A stretch of 26,052 nucleotides of DNA from a virus (taxonomy: Duplodnaviria; Caudoviricetes): positions 1-26,052 of the IMG/VR virus record IMGVR_UViG_3300030330_005228; one strand, given 5' to 3'. Position numbers and translations under genes: made by a program. Below the pieces are notes generated by a model, which made no database searches, was not told the origin of the DNA, and was given only the letters and a program-made list of their open reading frames with translations. Shown in pieces: positions 1-9,216 of the stretch. Positions within the stretch are counted from its first letter, which is position 1; every line of letters begins with the position of its first letter.

Positions 1-1751
1 TCTAGAGCATAAACACTACCAATCCCCTCTCCCAAAGAATCGCCATTATAGACTAATTGAATCCGCCACCTGTTTTCTTCTAATCGAGAGACAAAGTAGT
101 TATCTGTCTCAGGAAGTCGGTAATACATGTAAAATTCATTATCTGCGGCTTCACCAACCGCCATTTCAACCTTTGAGCCATCAGCGGAACTTGGGATGTT
201 CATATCAAAGGTTATTACAGCTTGCCAGTTGAAATCTGGATTTCCGTCATAATCTAATTGCGCCTCGTAATTAAAGCGAACAAAGCCACCAGTATGCTCA
301 TCAAATATTTCGTTTAACTTGGTCTTTAATTCAGTAAGGGGATCTCCACCAATATTGGCGAACAAAGCTTGTTCGGCAGAATTGTTATATCTAACATTGT
401 AGCCTTGAAACTTAACATCTTTGGAAACCTTCCGAAACAGCGCAGGTATTGTATCGGCCACAGAATATCCAGTATCTTGGTAACTTCCACCATACCTTGT
501 AAAACTGCTCATAGTAATTGTATCTTTGCCCAACTCTTCTGTGCCCTGTTTGATTATTTCTTTGATTTCATTAGTTTGAGTAGAAACCATTCTGTCTAAA
601 ACAGCATCGGTGAAGCCAGGAACCTTTGGTCCATAGACTTTTCCTTGGGGAACAGCAATTTTAATTGGCTCATCAGCATCTGGTCCACTGTGAAACGCAA
701 CATTTTTAATGCGTATTCTAGATGTGGGTTTTAATTCTCCACCGGCATCGGGGCGCTCCTCATCAAAGAATATTTCTTGGTCTGCTACCTTATCAAGCGA
801 TTCTTGAGTTGGCGGAAACATTTGAAAGTTTTCCGCAGGAACGGTATATGCGATCAAACCATTAGCAAAAACCTCTGACACTATGCAAATATTGTAATCA
901 TCCCAATTACTCGGCATGTTGGGGTAGTATTTGTGCCGGCTTGATGGTGGTGTGTGACAACTTCCCATGCTTCTAAAATCGGACATTCTAAAAACATCAA
1001 CCGGATGTCTAGAATAAATGATATAACTTTTCTTAAAATAAGTGTCAAAGTTCTTAAGATAATCTTCCATCTTCGCATCAATATTTTTAGCAAACCCCTG
1101 TAAGCCTTCATAATTAATTCTCAGACGACGGAATTTTTTCTTTAAAGCCTCGGTAGTGCCAATGTAATCAATTCCAATCCAATAGTCCTGTACATCATGG
1201 AACTTCATTACTTGCCTGAACTGGTTAGCTGTCACTTTCTTTTCTGCAAAGTCTTCACCAAAAATTTTTGCCGGCAATGTATATTTCGCCTCAGAGGTGT
1301 CTTTTTTACCAACAACACCTGCAATGCCGGGTAGAGCTGCGAAACTTTTCTTGTTTAGGTTATCTCGCGAGTTTTCAACGTAATTTACGATTCCTGTTAT
1401 GACTTTTGGAAGATTTAAACTCACTACTTTTCTAGAGATTCCTTGGTTTCCTTTGCCGTCAATGTAATGGGTAACTTTTGTCTTGGAGCAAAGAAGTTTT
1501 CCGCCCTTTGGAGATCCAATACTCCACCCCATTCTCTCTAGAGATTTAACAAATGCTCCGAACTCTGATTGTTCATCCAAAGAGTTTAGGGGCTCAATAA
1601 TCCTGTATGAATTGCCAAAGATGTTTTGCCATGGCATTTCTTCTACCGGTATACTCATTGCTTTCTTTATAGTCTCCAATTCTTCATCGGTAACCTCATT
1701 GAGCTCTTGTTCTTTTAAGAAATTATTCCAATTTTCCAATATTAATTTCAT
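1..1751 (-). CDS. Large hypothetical protein (>583 aa, 3' end off window) with MKLILENW-type N-terminal leader
   Basis: Not in the ORF track because it runs off the window. ATG at 1751 lies just after the neck gene stop. Manual translation gives MKLILENWNNFLKEQELNEVTDEE...YIIYSRHPVDVFRMSDFRSMGSCHTPP...RYGGSYQD... and is open to position 1. Confidence 0.85.
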   Translation of the reverse strand, partial: MKLILENWNNFLKEQELNEVTDEELETIKKAMSIPVEEMPWQNIFGNSYRIIEPLNSLDEQSEFGAFVKSLERMGWSIGSPKGGKLLCSKTKVTHYIDGKGNQGISRKVVSLNLPKVITGIVNYVENSRDNLNKKSFAALPGIAGVVGKKDTSEAKYTLPAKIFGEDFAEKKVTANQFRQVMKFHDVQDYWIGIDYIGTTEALKKKFRRLRINYEGLQGFAKNIDAKMEDYLKNFDTYFKKSYIIYSRHPVDVFRMSDFRSMGSCHTPPSSRHKYYPNMPSNWDDYNICIVSEVFANGLIAYTVPAENFQMFPPTQESLDKVADQEIFFDEERPDAGGELKPTSRIRIKNVAFHSGPDADEPIKIAVPQGKVYGPKVPGFTDAVLDRMVSTQTNEIKEIIKQGTEELGKDTITMSSFTRYGGSYQDTGYSVADTIPALFRKVSKDVKFQGYNVRYNNSAEQALFANIGGDPLTELKTKLNEIFDEHTGGFVRFNYEAQLDYDGNPDFNWQAVITFDMNIPSSADGSKVEMAVGEAADNEFYMYYRLPETDNYFVSRLEENRWRIQLVYNGDSLGEGIGSVYAL

Positions 1752-1754
1752 TTT

Positions 1755-2996
1755 TTATCCTACAAATATTTTAAGTGGCGACTCTGTTACGATTCCTTTA
1801 GCATTATCAACCATCGCCTTATCGGCTTCAAGTAATTTTCCATACGTCAATTCGTCAAGTATCTTCGTTAATTCTTCTCGTAAAGCCGTTTGCTCTTCTT
1901 TGGCCTGGCTCAATAAATCAGACGCGTTTAAGCTGACATTTTCCCCAGGAATCGGAACATTTCCTCCAAACTTGCCACGTATCTGTCCGAGAGTTTCTTT
2001 TGATAATGCTAGAGAAAATCTTCTGATCCATTGCTTGCCGATTGAATTGATATTTTCGTATGGAATATTCTGAAACGGTAGAGTATTCATGTTGTTAATG
2101 CCATCTTGTCCACCGTTGTTTTCATCTTCCCATATGTCGGTGTTATCAACTGTAAATCTAAACCAAAATTTTTCCGGGGAAACGTCGTCTGGTTGGGGGA
2201 AAATTCTTAAATTATTGTTGATCACTTCATAACTGTAGTGGGATGTTCTAGTATAAAGGTGATCTTCATACGAAATTGCTTGCATTTTGTTTTGCCAAGC
2301 GGGGATTACTTGGAATGTTGAGTCATCGGCATATTGACCATAGGTATGATAATCGCCAACAACATTAAGTCCTCCATAGTATCCATAAAATCTCCACATC
2401 TGGCGAGGTGTCACATAAAACACTTGGCGTATTTTAACGCGTTTATTTCCAACAACATCAGGGTGACTCGCTTCAACAATAGATTGCAAATCATAGTCTT
2501 GTTGGCTGGCAACTCTATCAAACGAAGCAGAATAAATCGTTTGTTCTCCACCGATACCCGCTTCTGTTGCGAACTTGTTTCCAATTTGAAAAGCAATTTC
2601 AAAGTTAAGTTTTGGGTATTTAAGTTGTGGATTTGAGCCGCTGAGACCGTGAGATCCTGTGGTGATTTGACCCCTGTGATCGAAAGAGCCTGTTGTTCCT
2701 CCAAGGGCGGAACCAAGAATGTTTTTTGCTTGGTGTTGGTTGAGAATGTATGAATATTCCAACACTGCCTCTTCATAATTTGCATAAACATTTTGCTCTG
2801 TTAATTCAATATCTAGAACATCTCCGCCCAATCTTTTGTATGTATATTTAACTTGTTGAACGGCTCCCGTAATAAATTCATCTGAGCCTGTATAGACTCC
2901 AAGTGGGCATGCGTCTGCAACATTTGTAAATGTGCCTGTAACCGGCAAAACAATTGCGCTTGTTTGGGATGTTGGTGTTAAATTTGGCAATGACAT
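1755..2996 (-). CDS. Neck/head-tail adaptor protein, T4 gp13-like (413 aa)
   Basis: N-terminal YKRLGGDVLDIELTEQNV..NYEEAV and C-terminal WIRRFSLALSKETLGQIRGKF..PIPGENVSLNASDLLSQAKEE match gp13-like neck protein patterns. GGAGG RBS; downstream of the capsid gene. Confidence 0.8.
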   Translation of the reverse strand: MSLPNLTPTSQTSAIVLPVTGTFTNVADACPLGVYTGSDEFITGAVQQVKYTYKRLGGDVLDIELTEQNVYANYEEAVLEYSYILNQHQAKNILGSALGGTTGSFDHRGQITTGSHGLSGSNPQLKYPKLNFEIAFQIGNKFATEAGIGGEQTIYSASFDRVASQQDYDLQSIVEASHPDVVGNKRVKIRQVFYVTPRQMWRFYGYYGGLNVVGDYHTYGQYADDSTFQVIPAWQNKMQAISYEDHLYTRTSHYSYEVINNNLRIFPQPDDVSPEKFWFRFTVDNTDIWEDENNGGQDGINNMNTLPFQNIPYENINSIGKQWIRRFSLALSKETLGQIRGKFGGNVPIPGENVSLNASDLLSQAKEEQTALREELTKILDELTYGKLLEADKAMVDNAKGIVTESPLKIFVG

Positions 2997-3018
2997 TCAT
3001 GATCCTCCATGTCATACC

Positions 3019-3026
3019 TAAATAGT
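3019..3026 (-). promoter_or_regulatory. Putative late promoter motif ACTATTTA
   Basis: Intergenic, about 23 nt upstream of the neck gene ATG and just after a terminator. The same 8-mer recurs at 7541 and 10919 in equivalent positions. Confidence 0.6.
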
Positions 3027-3030
3027 TTAG

Positions 3031-3060
3031 ATAAAGAGAAAGCCTCTATTCAGAGGCTTT
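3031..3060 (-). terminator. Intrinsic terminator overlapping the stop of the 109-aa gene
   Basis: Perfect 9-bp inverted repeat AAAGCCTCT-attc-AGAGGCTTT (3039-3060), followed by a U-rich run on the minus strand. Confidence 0.65.
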
Positions 3061-3375
3061 GGTTTCTTTTGCTGCTTTCTTTTTCTTTTCAGCGGCTTGT
3101 TTCTTTTTGCGAGCGGCTTCGGCTTTCTTTTTCTTCTCGGCTTCTTCCTTTGCTTTTTTTGCGGCTTCTAAGGCTTTTCGGTTTTCTTCTTCGATCTTCC
3201 TTCGTGCCTCTTCAGCCAAGCGTTGCTTTTCTTTTTCGATTGCTTCTCGCTTATCGATCTCGGCTTGAACTTCTTTTTCAATTCCAAAACGACGAGCAAC
3301 CTCAAGAGAGGGAACCTCTCCCAAGATGCTCATTTGTTTAAGAATGGTTCTCGCTCGTTTATTGCGTTTTCCCAT
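3046..3375 (-). CDS. Small basic Lys/Glu/Ala-rich coiled-coil protein (109 aa)
   Basis: GAGG RBS, fits the operon, low-complexity EK/AK helical tail. Confidence 0.7.
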   Translation of the reverse strand: MGKRNKRARTILKQMSILGEVPSLEVARRFGIEKEVQAEIDKREAIEKEKQRLAEEARRKIEEENRKALEAAKKAKEEAEKKKKAEAARKKKQAAEKKKKAAKETKASE

Positions 3376-3387
3376 TAGTTACCTCTA

Positions 3388-3810
3388 TTATACTTTAGTA
3401 ATATCAGCATTGTCATGTGCAAATGTAAGAGCATAATAGTTTGTACCGTCGCACCAAAGTTCAACTCTAGTTCCAACTTTTGCAGAATTACCTTCCATTA
3501 CAATAGAAGTCACAGCGGCAGAGTGAATTTCACCAGCAGCATCAGAAACTTCAATACCAATAATATTAGCAGCAGTTGAGCTAATTTTAATATCTGCGTC
3601 TGCATTAGTAACGGCTGTTTTTAATGTAAATGCACACCACCAGCCCTCGCCGGCTGCACCAACGGCAGGTAAAGTGTGCTCAACCGCAGCAGTTCCGTTT
3701 TGGTTAACAAGAAACTCAGTTCCGCAGTCGTGAACTTGAATAGTAGTAGCAGTTGTTCCCAAGTTTTCAACTTTTCTTCTTTGGGCAGCATATCTTCCAG
3801 ATTTAGCCAT
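3388..3810 (-). CDS. Virion structural protein, probable capsid decoration beta-sandwich (140 aa)
   Basis: AAGGAGA RBS. TLPA..A..G / G.RVELWCDGTNYY pattern resembles the C-terminal domain of the fibre genes in this window. Near the MCP gene. Confidence 0.6.
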   Translation of the reverse strand: MAKSGRYAAQRRKVENLGTTATTIQVHDCGTEFLVNQNGTAAVEHTLPAVGAAGEGWWCAFTLKTAVTNADADIKISSTAANIIGIEVSDAAGEIHSAAVTSIVMEGNSAKVGTRVELWCDGTNYYALTFAHDNADITKV

Positions 3811-3837
3811 AATTTATATCTCCTTAAGTTTAATTAT

Positions 3838-3873
3838 GAAATTTGGGCTTCTGCCCATTCAGTAATAAGTAGT
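3838..3873 (-). promoter_or_regulatory. Promoter-motif variant ACTACTTA (3866-3873) followed by a 5'-UTR hairpin
   Basis: One mismatch to ACTATTTA. Hairpin TGGGC-ttct-GCCCA (3844-3857) lies between the motif and the RBS. Confidence 0.5.
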
Positions 3874-3913
3874 CTTTACAAATAGAAAAAACCAATCCAA
3901 AATTAAGTGAAGT

Positions 3914-4405
3914 TTATTTATCAAAGATCTCTTTTTTTGCTAACATTAGCTGCTCAATTTTTTCTTGATAATTGCACCCACCGAATTGTTTAATAAGCTG
4001 CTCTGTCGTTGGTATTATTTTAATAACTTCGTACGCCGCTTCTTCGTTTGGAAAATCATAACTAGGATCCTCAGGATCTAACATTCCCCATGATTCTATA
4101 TCCAACCAGTCTTTCTCGCCTTCGGTATCCCAATAGGTTCCTTCCGGTTCATAATATACTGCAACATGACCGATCATTCTGCCGTGTTTTTCCCACATGT
4201 ACTTATTCCCAGCCACAACAAGCACTCCTTCACCGTCAAATAAAACATTGTTAATGGCCATGGCTGCTTCGGCGCAAGCACCACCGAACCCTTCTATATT
4301 AGCTTTTTCTAGTGTTCTAAATACGATATCTAAATCTTCTTGTGTTTTTGGTGCGCTTTGATGTTCGGCTAAATACTTTCGCCAATTTTCAATTATTAAT
4401 TTCAT
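3914..4405 (-). CDS. Papain/transglutaminase-like Cys-His-Asp protein with MKLIIENW leader (163 aa)
   Basis: Start reassigned to ATG 4405 because the longer track start overlaps the MCP terminator. Motifs GGAC(AEAA), GHVAVY and YWD occur in the order typical of papain-like folds. Confidence 0.6.
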   Translation of the reverse strand: MKLIIENWRKYLAEHQSAPKTQEDLDIVFRTLEKANIEGFGGACAEAAMAINNVLFDGEGVLVVAGNKYMWEKHGRMIGHVAVYYEPEGTYWDTEGEKDWLDIESWGMLDPEDPSYDFPNEEAAYEVIKIIPTTEQLIKQFGGCNYQEKIEQLMLAKKEIFDK

Positions 4406-4410
4406 ATCAG

Positions 4411-4418
4411 TAATTAGC
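4411..4418 (-). promoter_or_regulatory. Possible promoter variant GCTAATTA giving a near-leaderless transcript
   Basis: Between the MCP terminator and ATG 4405 (5-nt gap). No SD precedes this ATG. Confidence 0.35.
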
Positions 4419-4430
4419 CAACAAATTAAT

Positions 4431-4464
4431 AAAAAACCCCCAACCAAAATAAATTGGAAGGGGG
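4431..4464 (-). terminator. Intrinsic terminator after the major capsid gene
   Basis: Imperfect stem CCCC..CCAA / TTGG..GGGG followed by U6 on the minus strand. A T9 tract on the other side suggests it could be bidirectional. Confidence 0.7.
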
Positions 4465-4493
4465 AATTTTTTTTTGGATTTAATCAGTTAAGA

Positions 4494-6275
4494 TTAAAAT
4501 CCTCCGGACTCTCCGATAAGACCACGAACGAGAACAAGACCGTACATATCGGGACGAACCATCTTCTTCGCATAGCGAGTCATGACGCCCTTACGTGGTA
4601 CAAAATCCTCTACGCCGAAGATTGTAGGTGTAGTTTGGAGAGGTACATACGGAGCATATACATATCCAGACTCAAGGAAGCTGTTTCCTTTACGTCCTAC
4701 AAGGATCACTGCGCGTGGGAAATAAGGATCAACGATAACGTCGAACTTACGGCTGAGAGCGCCAACCTTTACAGCACCGATATCACCCTTGTCAGCATCA
4801 GCAGTTACGTTTGCACGGAAACCACTGGTGAATTCAAGAATGTTAGCAACTTCAGGAGAACAAATTACAAAATTCGCCCCACCACGAAGTGTCTTACGGT
4901 GGATTTGAGCAGAAACATCATTGATAGTTTCAATGAGAGTCTCATACCATTCGCTAACTGTACCAGTGAAATCAGGAGCAGCAGCAGTAGCACCAAGCTC
5001 TTGACCAGTGATTTTATTAACGAAAAGACCAGGAGAACGAGACCAGTAATAAGTACCAGCAGTTGCGCCATTTACGAGGTCAGCAAGGATCTCGCGGTCA
5101 ATTTCAAGAGCAATTTGCTCGGATAGAATAGAAGTCAATTCAACTTCAGCATCAAGATTGTGATAAGCATTCAAGTCTTGACCAAGCTCAGGAGTCCACT
5201 TAGCTTTAAGCTTCTTGGTTTGAGCTGTAATCGCAGTTGAATCAACCTTGATGTTAATTTCTGGAATGTTTTCATTCGCTTCCAGTGGAAAGAGAGTTCC
5301 AGAACCAGCAACGGCACCAACAGAACTCGCAGCAGGAACTACATCTTTAAGTGGGAAATCAATATCACCAGAACCAAGAGGATCGTTACCAGCGCCCATA
5401 GCTTGAGCAGTGAGGGTATCAGGTGAAGTGAGGACAAAACGAATCGCTGCATTTCCAGAAGTAGAATCGTTAGCAGACACTTTTTGTGTCAAACGACGAA
5501 CTTGACGGATGTTATCTTTATTTGCAAGACTTGCAAGACCAGCAGCAGCTGTAACTTGAATAAGGAATGCAGAAAGATTATCTAGATCTGGATCTCCAAG
5601 AGAACTGGTAACAGCACTTTGATCAACTTCCAGAACTACAACGCCAAAAGAACTATCAGTAATTGCCAAGAGATCAGGGTCATACTTGATAAGTTTTGCA
5701 TTTGTTTCAGATACATTTCCGTCAAGAGCGAAAGAACCTTCTTTGATCAATGCCACATCAATTGCGCCATTGTTACTACCAGTTGGAGAAGCATAAGCAT
5801 AACCAGTTTGGCCATCACGACCAGGACCAGAAAATCCTTGTGCCCCTGAGGCAACCAGATCAACACCAGTAATTACACCAGCGCCAACCTTGTTAGTGCC
5901 ATAAATTGATTCATCAGCAGTATTTCCAAGACGTGTTTCGTCATAAACGAAGTCAAGGAAGAAGATGAGTCCGGAAGGGAGGCTCATCGGTTGAACGCTA
6001 ACCAATTGGTTTGCAATAAGTCCGGCGAATACACGACGAACGATGGGGAAAGCAACAGCAGCAAAACCTTCAACATCACCAGCTGCCATAGAGCTAGATT
6101 CGCGAAGAAGTTCTTTTGCTTGATTTTCGAGCAGACGAGCCATAGAAGCTTTTTCATGCTCAGTTTGAAGACCTTCAAGTAGACCGGTTTTTCCCCACTT
6201 GGAAAGAAGCGCTTGTCCTTCTTTCTTCATGTCACGGTTTACAATGCCTTCTGTCAAAGTTTCAATAATAGACAT
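4494..6275 (-). CDS. gp23: Major capsid protein, T4 gp23 family (593 aa)
   Basis: Hallmarks: ARLLENQ, FPIVRRVF..LIANQLVSVQPMSLPSGLIF, TKKLKAKWTPELGQDLNAYHNLDAEVELTSILSEQIALEIDREI, GYVYAPYVPL, PRKGVMTRY. AAGGAGG RBS. Confidence 0.97.
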   Translation of the reverse strand: MSIIETLTEGIVNRDMKKEGQALLSKWGKTGLLEGLQTEHEKASMARLLENQAKELLRESSSMAAGDVEGFAAVAFPIVRRVFAGLIANQLVSVQPMSLPSGLIFFLDFVYDETRLGNTADESIYGTNKVGAGVITGVDLVASGAQGFSGPGRDGQTGYAYASPTGSNNGAIDVALIKEGSFALDGNVSETNAKLIKYDPDLLAITDSSFGVVVLEVDQSAVTSSLGDPDLDNLSAFLIQVTAAAGLASLANKDNIRQVRRLTQKVSANDSTSGNAAIRFVLTSPDTLTAQAMGAGNDPLGSGDIDFPLKDVVPAASSVGAVAGSGTLFPLEANENIPEINIKVDSTAITAQTKKLKAKWTPELGQDLNAYHNLDAEVELTSILSEQIALEIDREILADLVNGATAGTYYWSRSPGLFVNKITGQELGATAAAPDFTGTVSEWYETLIETINDVSAQIHRKTLRGGANFVICSPEVANILEFTSGFRANVTADADKGDIGAVKVGALSRKFDVIVDPYFPRAVILVGRKGNSFLESGYVYAPYVPLQTTPTIFGVEDFVPRKGVMTRYAKKMVRPDMYGLVLVRGLIGESGGF

Positions 6276-6298
6276 TTTTTTAACCTCCTTAAATATTG

Positions 6299-7507
6299 TT
6301 ATTTAATGCCTGCAAGTTTTTTCATATGATCGGCAAACGTATGCTCTTCATTTTCATTAACTTGCTTTTTACGTGGAAGAATTCCTGATAAAGTAGATTT
6401 TCTTTGCACGGACTCGCTTAGGGTTCTGGGGGATTTCTTATCCTGACCGGAAGTTACCGTAGCATTCAGAGCCTCATGAAGATTCTTTGCTTCTTCGGGA
6501 GTTCTTGCCTTGGCGATGGCTTCAACAATTTTAAATTTTTGTCGCTCATTCAAGGAGGCATCGCCTAAAGTTTTATTTGAATAAACAAGTTTAGCATTGG
6601 AAAGGAGTGTCTCATTTAATTTTTGAGACAACTTCTCAACAACATCTTTATATTGCTTATTCTTGTGTTTAAATTTTTTAATCGTTTCTTGGAGTTTTTC
6701 GTTTTCTTTTTTGATTTTCTTATTCTCTTCTTCCTTCTCAGCAGCTTTACCCTCAGCGGCGTCTTTAGCATGCTGCATTTCTTTGTAATACTCCAAAGTC
6801 TCTTTATCGGTTCGAAAAGTTCCATCTTTTACTTCGCCCATATCTACGATAAGCTCTTCTTCCAAGATTTCATCTTCGTTTAAAATTTTCATAATTTCAT
6901 TAATAAGATCATCATTTTCATTGATATCAACGTCTTCTTGAAGTTCAAGGTCACCTAAAAGATCAGAAACTCCTTCGTCTTCTCCAACATCTGGTTCAAT
7001 TGGTTCTTCCGCATCTTCAGGCGTTGGTTGTTCTTGTTGTTCTGGTTGTTCTTCATCAAGTGTTAATTCGCTGAGGTCGAACTCATAAACAGGTTCTTCA
7101 ATGTTCATTGTGAATTGTGCCGCTTGATCTGGATTGACTGCAGGATTACCAGCAAAAGGCGCCCCAACAGAAGGCGATGGTGCACTTGTTGCCATGCCGC
7201 CTGCTTCTTCTTCTTGAAGAAGGTCTTCGTCAATTGCTTCTGACAATTCAGACTCTGCGACGATAAAAGGTTTTTCACCTTCTCTCATAATTGTAGCCTT
7301 TCCATCTTCAATTTCTTGCAGGGTGTAGTTTTTTCCTTCATATGAAACTTTCTTTTTCGCTTCGGCACCTTCACTCTCCAAAAGACTTTCAACGGCGTCT
7401 TTGATTTGGGGTGCAAATTTTTCAATAAGTGCTTGCTCTGCGTTTTTGAGAGCAGCTTCACGCAACGCTTGTGCGTCGACGATTGCTTGTTCTAACATTG
7501 AAGACAT
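6299..7507 (-). CDS. Prohead core/scaffolding protein, gp22-like (402 aa)
   Basis: Immediately upstream of the MCP. Highly acidic, coiled-coil, many L/I-x-E sites, ends in MKKLAGIK. Confidence 0.85.
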   Translation of the reverse strand: MSSMLEQAIVDAQALREAALKNAEQALIEKFAPQIKDAVESLLESEGAEAKKKVSYEGKNYTLQEIEDGKATIMREGEKPFIVAESELSEAIDEDLLQEEEAGGMATSAPSPSVGAPFAGNPAVNPDQAAQFTMNIEEPVYEFDLSELTLDEEQPEQQEQPTPEDAEEPIEPDVGEDEGVSDLLGDLELQEDVDINENDDLINEIMKILNEDEILEEELIVDMGEVKDGTFRTDKETLEYYKEMQHAKDAAEGKAAEKEEENKKIKKENEKLQETIKKFKHKNKQYKDVVEKLSQKLNETLLSNAKLVYSNKTLGDASLNERQKFKIVEAIAKARTPEEAKNLHEALNATVTSGQDKKSPRTLSESVQRKSTLSGILPRKKQVNENEEHTFADHMKKLAGIK

Positions 7508-7540
7508 TAAAGTTAACTCCTAAATAATACGTATCAAATG

Positions 7541-7548
7541 TAAATAGT
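7541..7548 (-). promoter_or_regulatory. Putative late promoter ACTATTTA for scaffold and MCP
   Basis: Exact motif about 34 nt upstream of the scaffold ATG. Confidence 0.6.
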
Positions 7549-7583
7549 GAGAAAGGCAAGAAAAAGACTATTCGTTATTTTTA

Positions 7584-8456
7584 TTAACTGTTCCAATCAA
7601 AGAGCCATACACATGTAATGTTTACATTTCCAAAACCGTTTGTAGGATTTAGAGAAATACCGAGAATTTCACCCGCGCTAAAGGTAGAGCTAGAAAACTG
7701 CGCTTGATAGGTTGTGTTGGCGGCAGACATATCCACCCCAACGGTTTCTACTGCGGTTGTATTCAGATTCTCTGTGCCATTAGATGCCTTATGGAAAGCT
7801 ATATTTGTTCCGTTTGCCGCTGATGTGGCTCTAATGGTTACGCTTAAAAGCTCTCCATCACAGGGAGCAAGAAACTTGTTGTTTACTCCAGGAGTACCAT
7901 TGCTTCCTGCTGCATCCCACCTAACGTATTTTTGATCAGCAGAACTCTCCGTGTACTTGGCGGTATTGATAAAGCGTTGCTTTGCATTAATCCTACCTGT
8001 TGCTTTTAAATCACCATCTACATGTAGTGCGGTATCGGGACTGGTTGTTCCTATTCCTATTAAGCCACTCTCTTTGATTGTCATCGCTTGAACGCTTGAA
8101 CCAGCATTGGGGTTTACCCAGAATTGTATGTCTTTACCATTCATTTCGTTCTGTATAACAAAGTTTTCTGCATTTGAAACACTGATATTGGCGTTGTCTT
8201 GACCATCAACTTCAAAAACAATAGCTCTATAATCAGAGCCACCTTTGGCTAAACGAAGACCTTCAATGGCAGACCCTGAGATATGAATTGGAAGGGTTGT
8301 TGTTATGCCATCGTTTGTTATTTGCATTTTCATGGACCCACTGGTGTGGAAATCTATTTGGTCTTCGCCAAAATCAATCTGCGTGTCTCTTTGTGTGTCA
8401 TCTGCTGCTTTAAGGTCTCCGATGACCTGAGATCCTTTTGAATATTTGTATGACAT
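7584..8456 (-). CDS. Fibre-like virion protein (290 aa)
   Basis: Contains GLIGIGTTSPDTALHVDG, a motif common in phage fibre/spike proteins. C-terminal beta-rich knob. Confidence 0.65.
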   Translation of the reverse strand: MSYKYSKGSQVIGDLKAADDTQRDTQIDFGEDQIDFHTSGSMKMQITNDGITTTLPIHISGSAIEGLRLAKGGSDYRAIVFEVDGQDNANISVSNAENFVIQNEMNGKDIQFWVNPNAGSSVQAMTIKESGLIGIGTTSPDTALHVDGDLKATGRINAKQRFINTAKYTESSADQKYVRWDAAGSNGTPGVNNKFLAPCDGELLSVTIRATSAANGTNIAFHKASNGTENLNTTAVETVGVDMSAANTTYQAQFSSSTFSAGEILGISLNPTNGFGNVNITCVWLFDWNS

Positions 8457-9127
8457 TAATCAATCCTCACTGATGTCCACAATCTCATGGACGCTTGTTT
8501 TATGTCTTTATCTAGTAGTCTCGGCTCAATAATTACAACCGATGGCTCTAAATCTTCAGTTGTCGTCTGGGCGTATGTGGATGTTGCACCCACTATCGGC
8601 CTTGTTGTACAACTGGTGGGGCCGCAAGATCTTTGCACTCCGCCCGGTGCAGATCCAACTTGTCTTGTTACTTTTTCTCTTGGGGTTATTTTAACCACTC
8701 TTGTGTTTGTAGCAGTTGATTGAGCAACAGGAACTAATTGTTCGTTGTACAAGATTAGTCTAACTACAATTTGCTGTTTATCAAAAGTAATGTAGCTTTC
8801 TAAAATATAGTGTCCATTTTGATAGGCACACTCTCTGGGTTTAGTAGAATAGTTACAATCAGGCCAAGTGTATTTAATTGTATCGATATTGTAAACATTT
8901 ACAGGTTCATCTATTGTTTCGTATCCATACAGTCCTTTTTGTTGTATCCACTTAACATCATCAACAGCATGGCCAAAAACAGATGTTTCATCTAGTTGAT
9001 ATGGTATTTTCGTCTTATTCAGAACTTTAGTTGGCGCAACATAAACTTCAATATCTTCATGTGCTTCTACGGTCATTTCTAGTATTGGCTCCTCCGCCAA
9101 TGCAAGACCAAATAAAAATGGTAGCAT
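8456..9127 (-). CDS. Hypothetical protein with putative signal peptide (223 aa)
   Basis: GAGGGG RBS favours ATG 9127, giving MLPFLFGLALA|EEP (hydrophobic core plus A-x-A). Four Cys in two close pairs. Confidence 0.6.
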   Translation of the reverse strand: MLPFLFGLALAEEPILEMTVEAHEDIEVYVAPTKVLNKTKIPYQLDETSVFGHAVDDVKWIQQKGLYGYETIDEPVNVYNIDTIKYTWPDCNYSTKPRECAYQNGHYILESYITFDKQQIVVRLILYNEQLVPVAQSTATNTRVVKITPREKVTRQVGSAPGGVQRSCGPTSCTTRPIVGATSTYAQTTTEDLEPSVVIIEPRLLDKDIKQASMRLWTSVRID

Positions 9128-9147
9128 TATTTTCCCCTCTCTCATAA

Positions 9148-9155
9148 TAAATATT
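9148..9155 (-). promoter_or_regulatory. Promoter-motif variant AATATTTA
   Basis: One mismatch to consensus; lies between a terminator and the RBS of the next gene. Confidence 0.35.
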
Positions 9156-9162
9156 TACAAAT

Positions 9163-9191
9163 AAAAAAAGGGCCCGACAAAGTCGGAGCCC
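9163..9191 (-). terminator. Intrinsic terminator after the 549-aa fibre gene
   Basis: GGGC-CCGAC-aaa-GTCGG-a-GCCC stem followed by U7 on the minus strand. Confidence 0.85.
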
Positions 9192-9216
9192 ATAAGATAA
9201 ATATTGTGTTTTTTAA

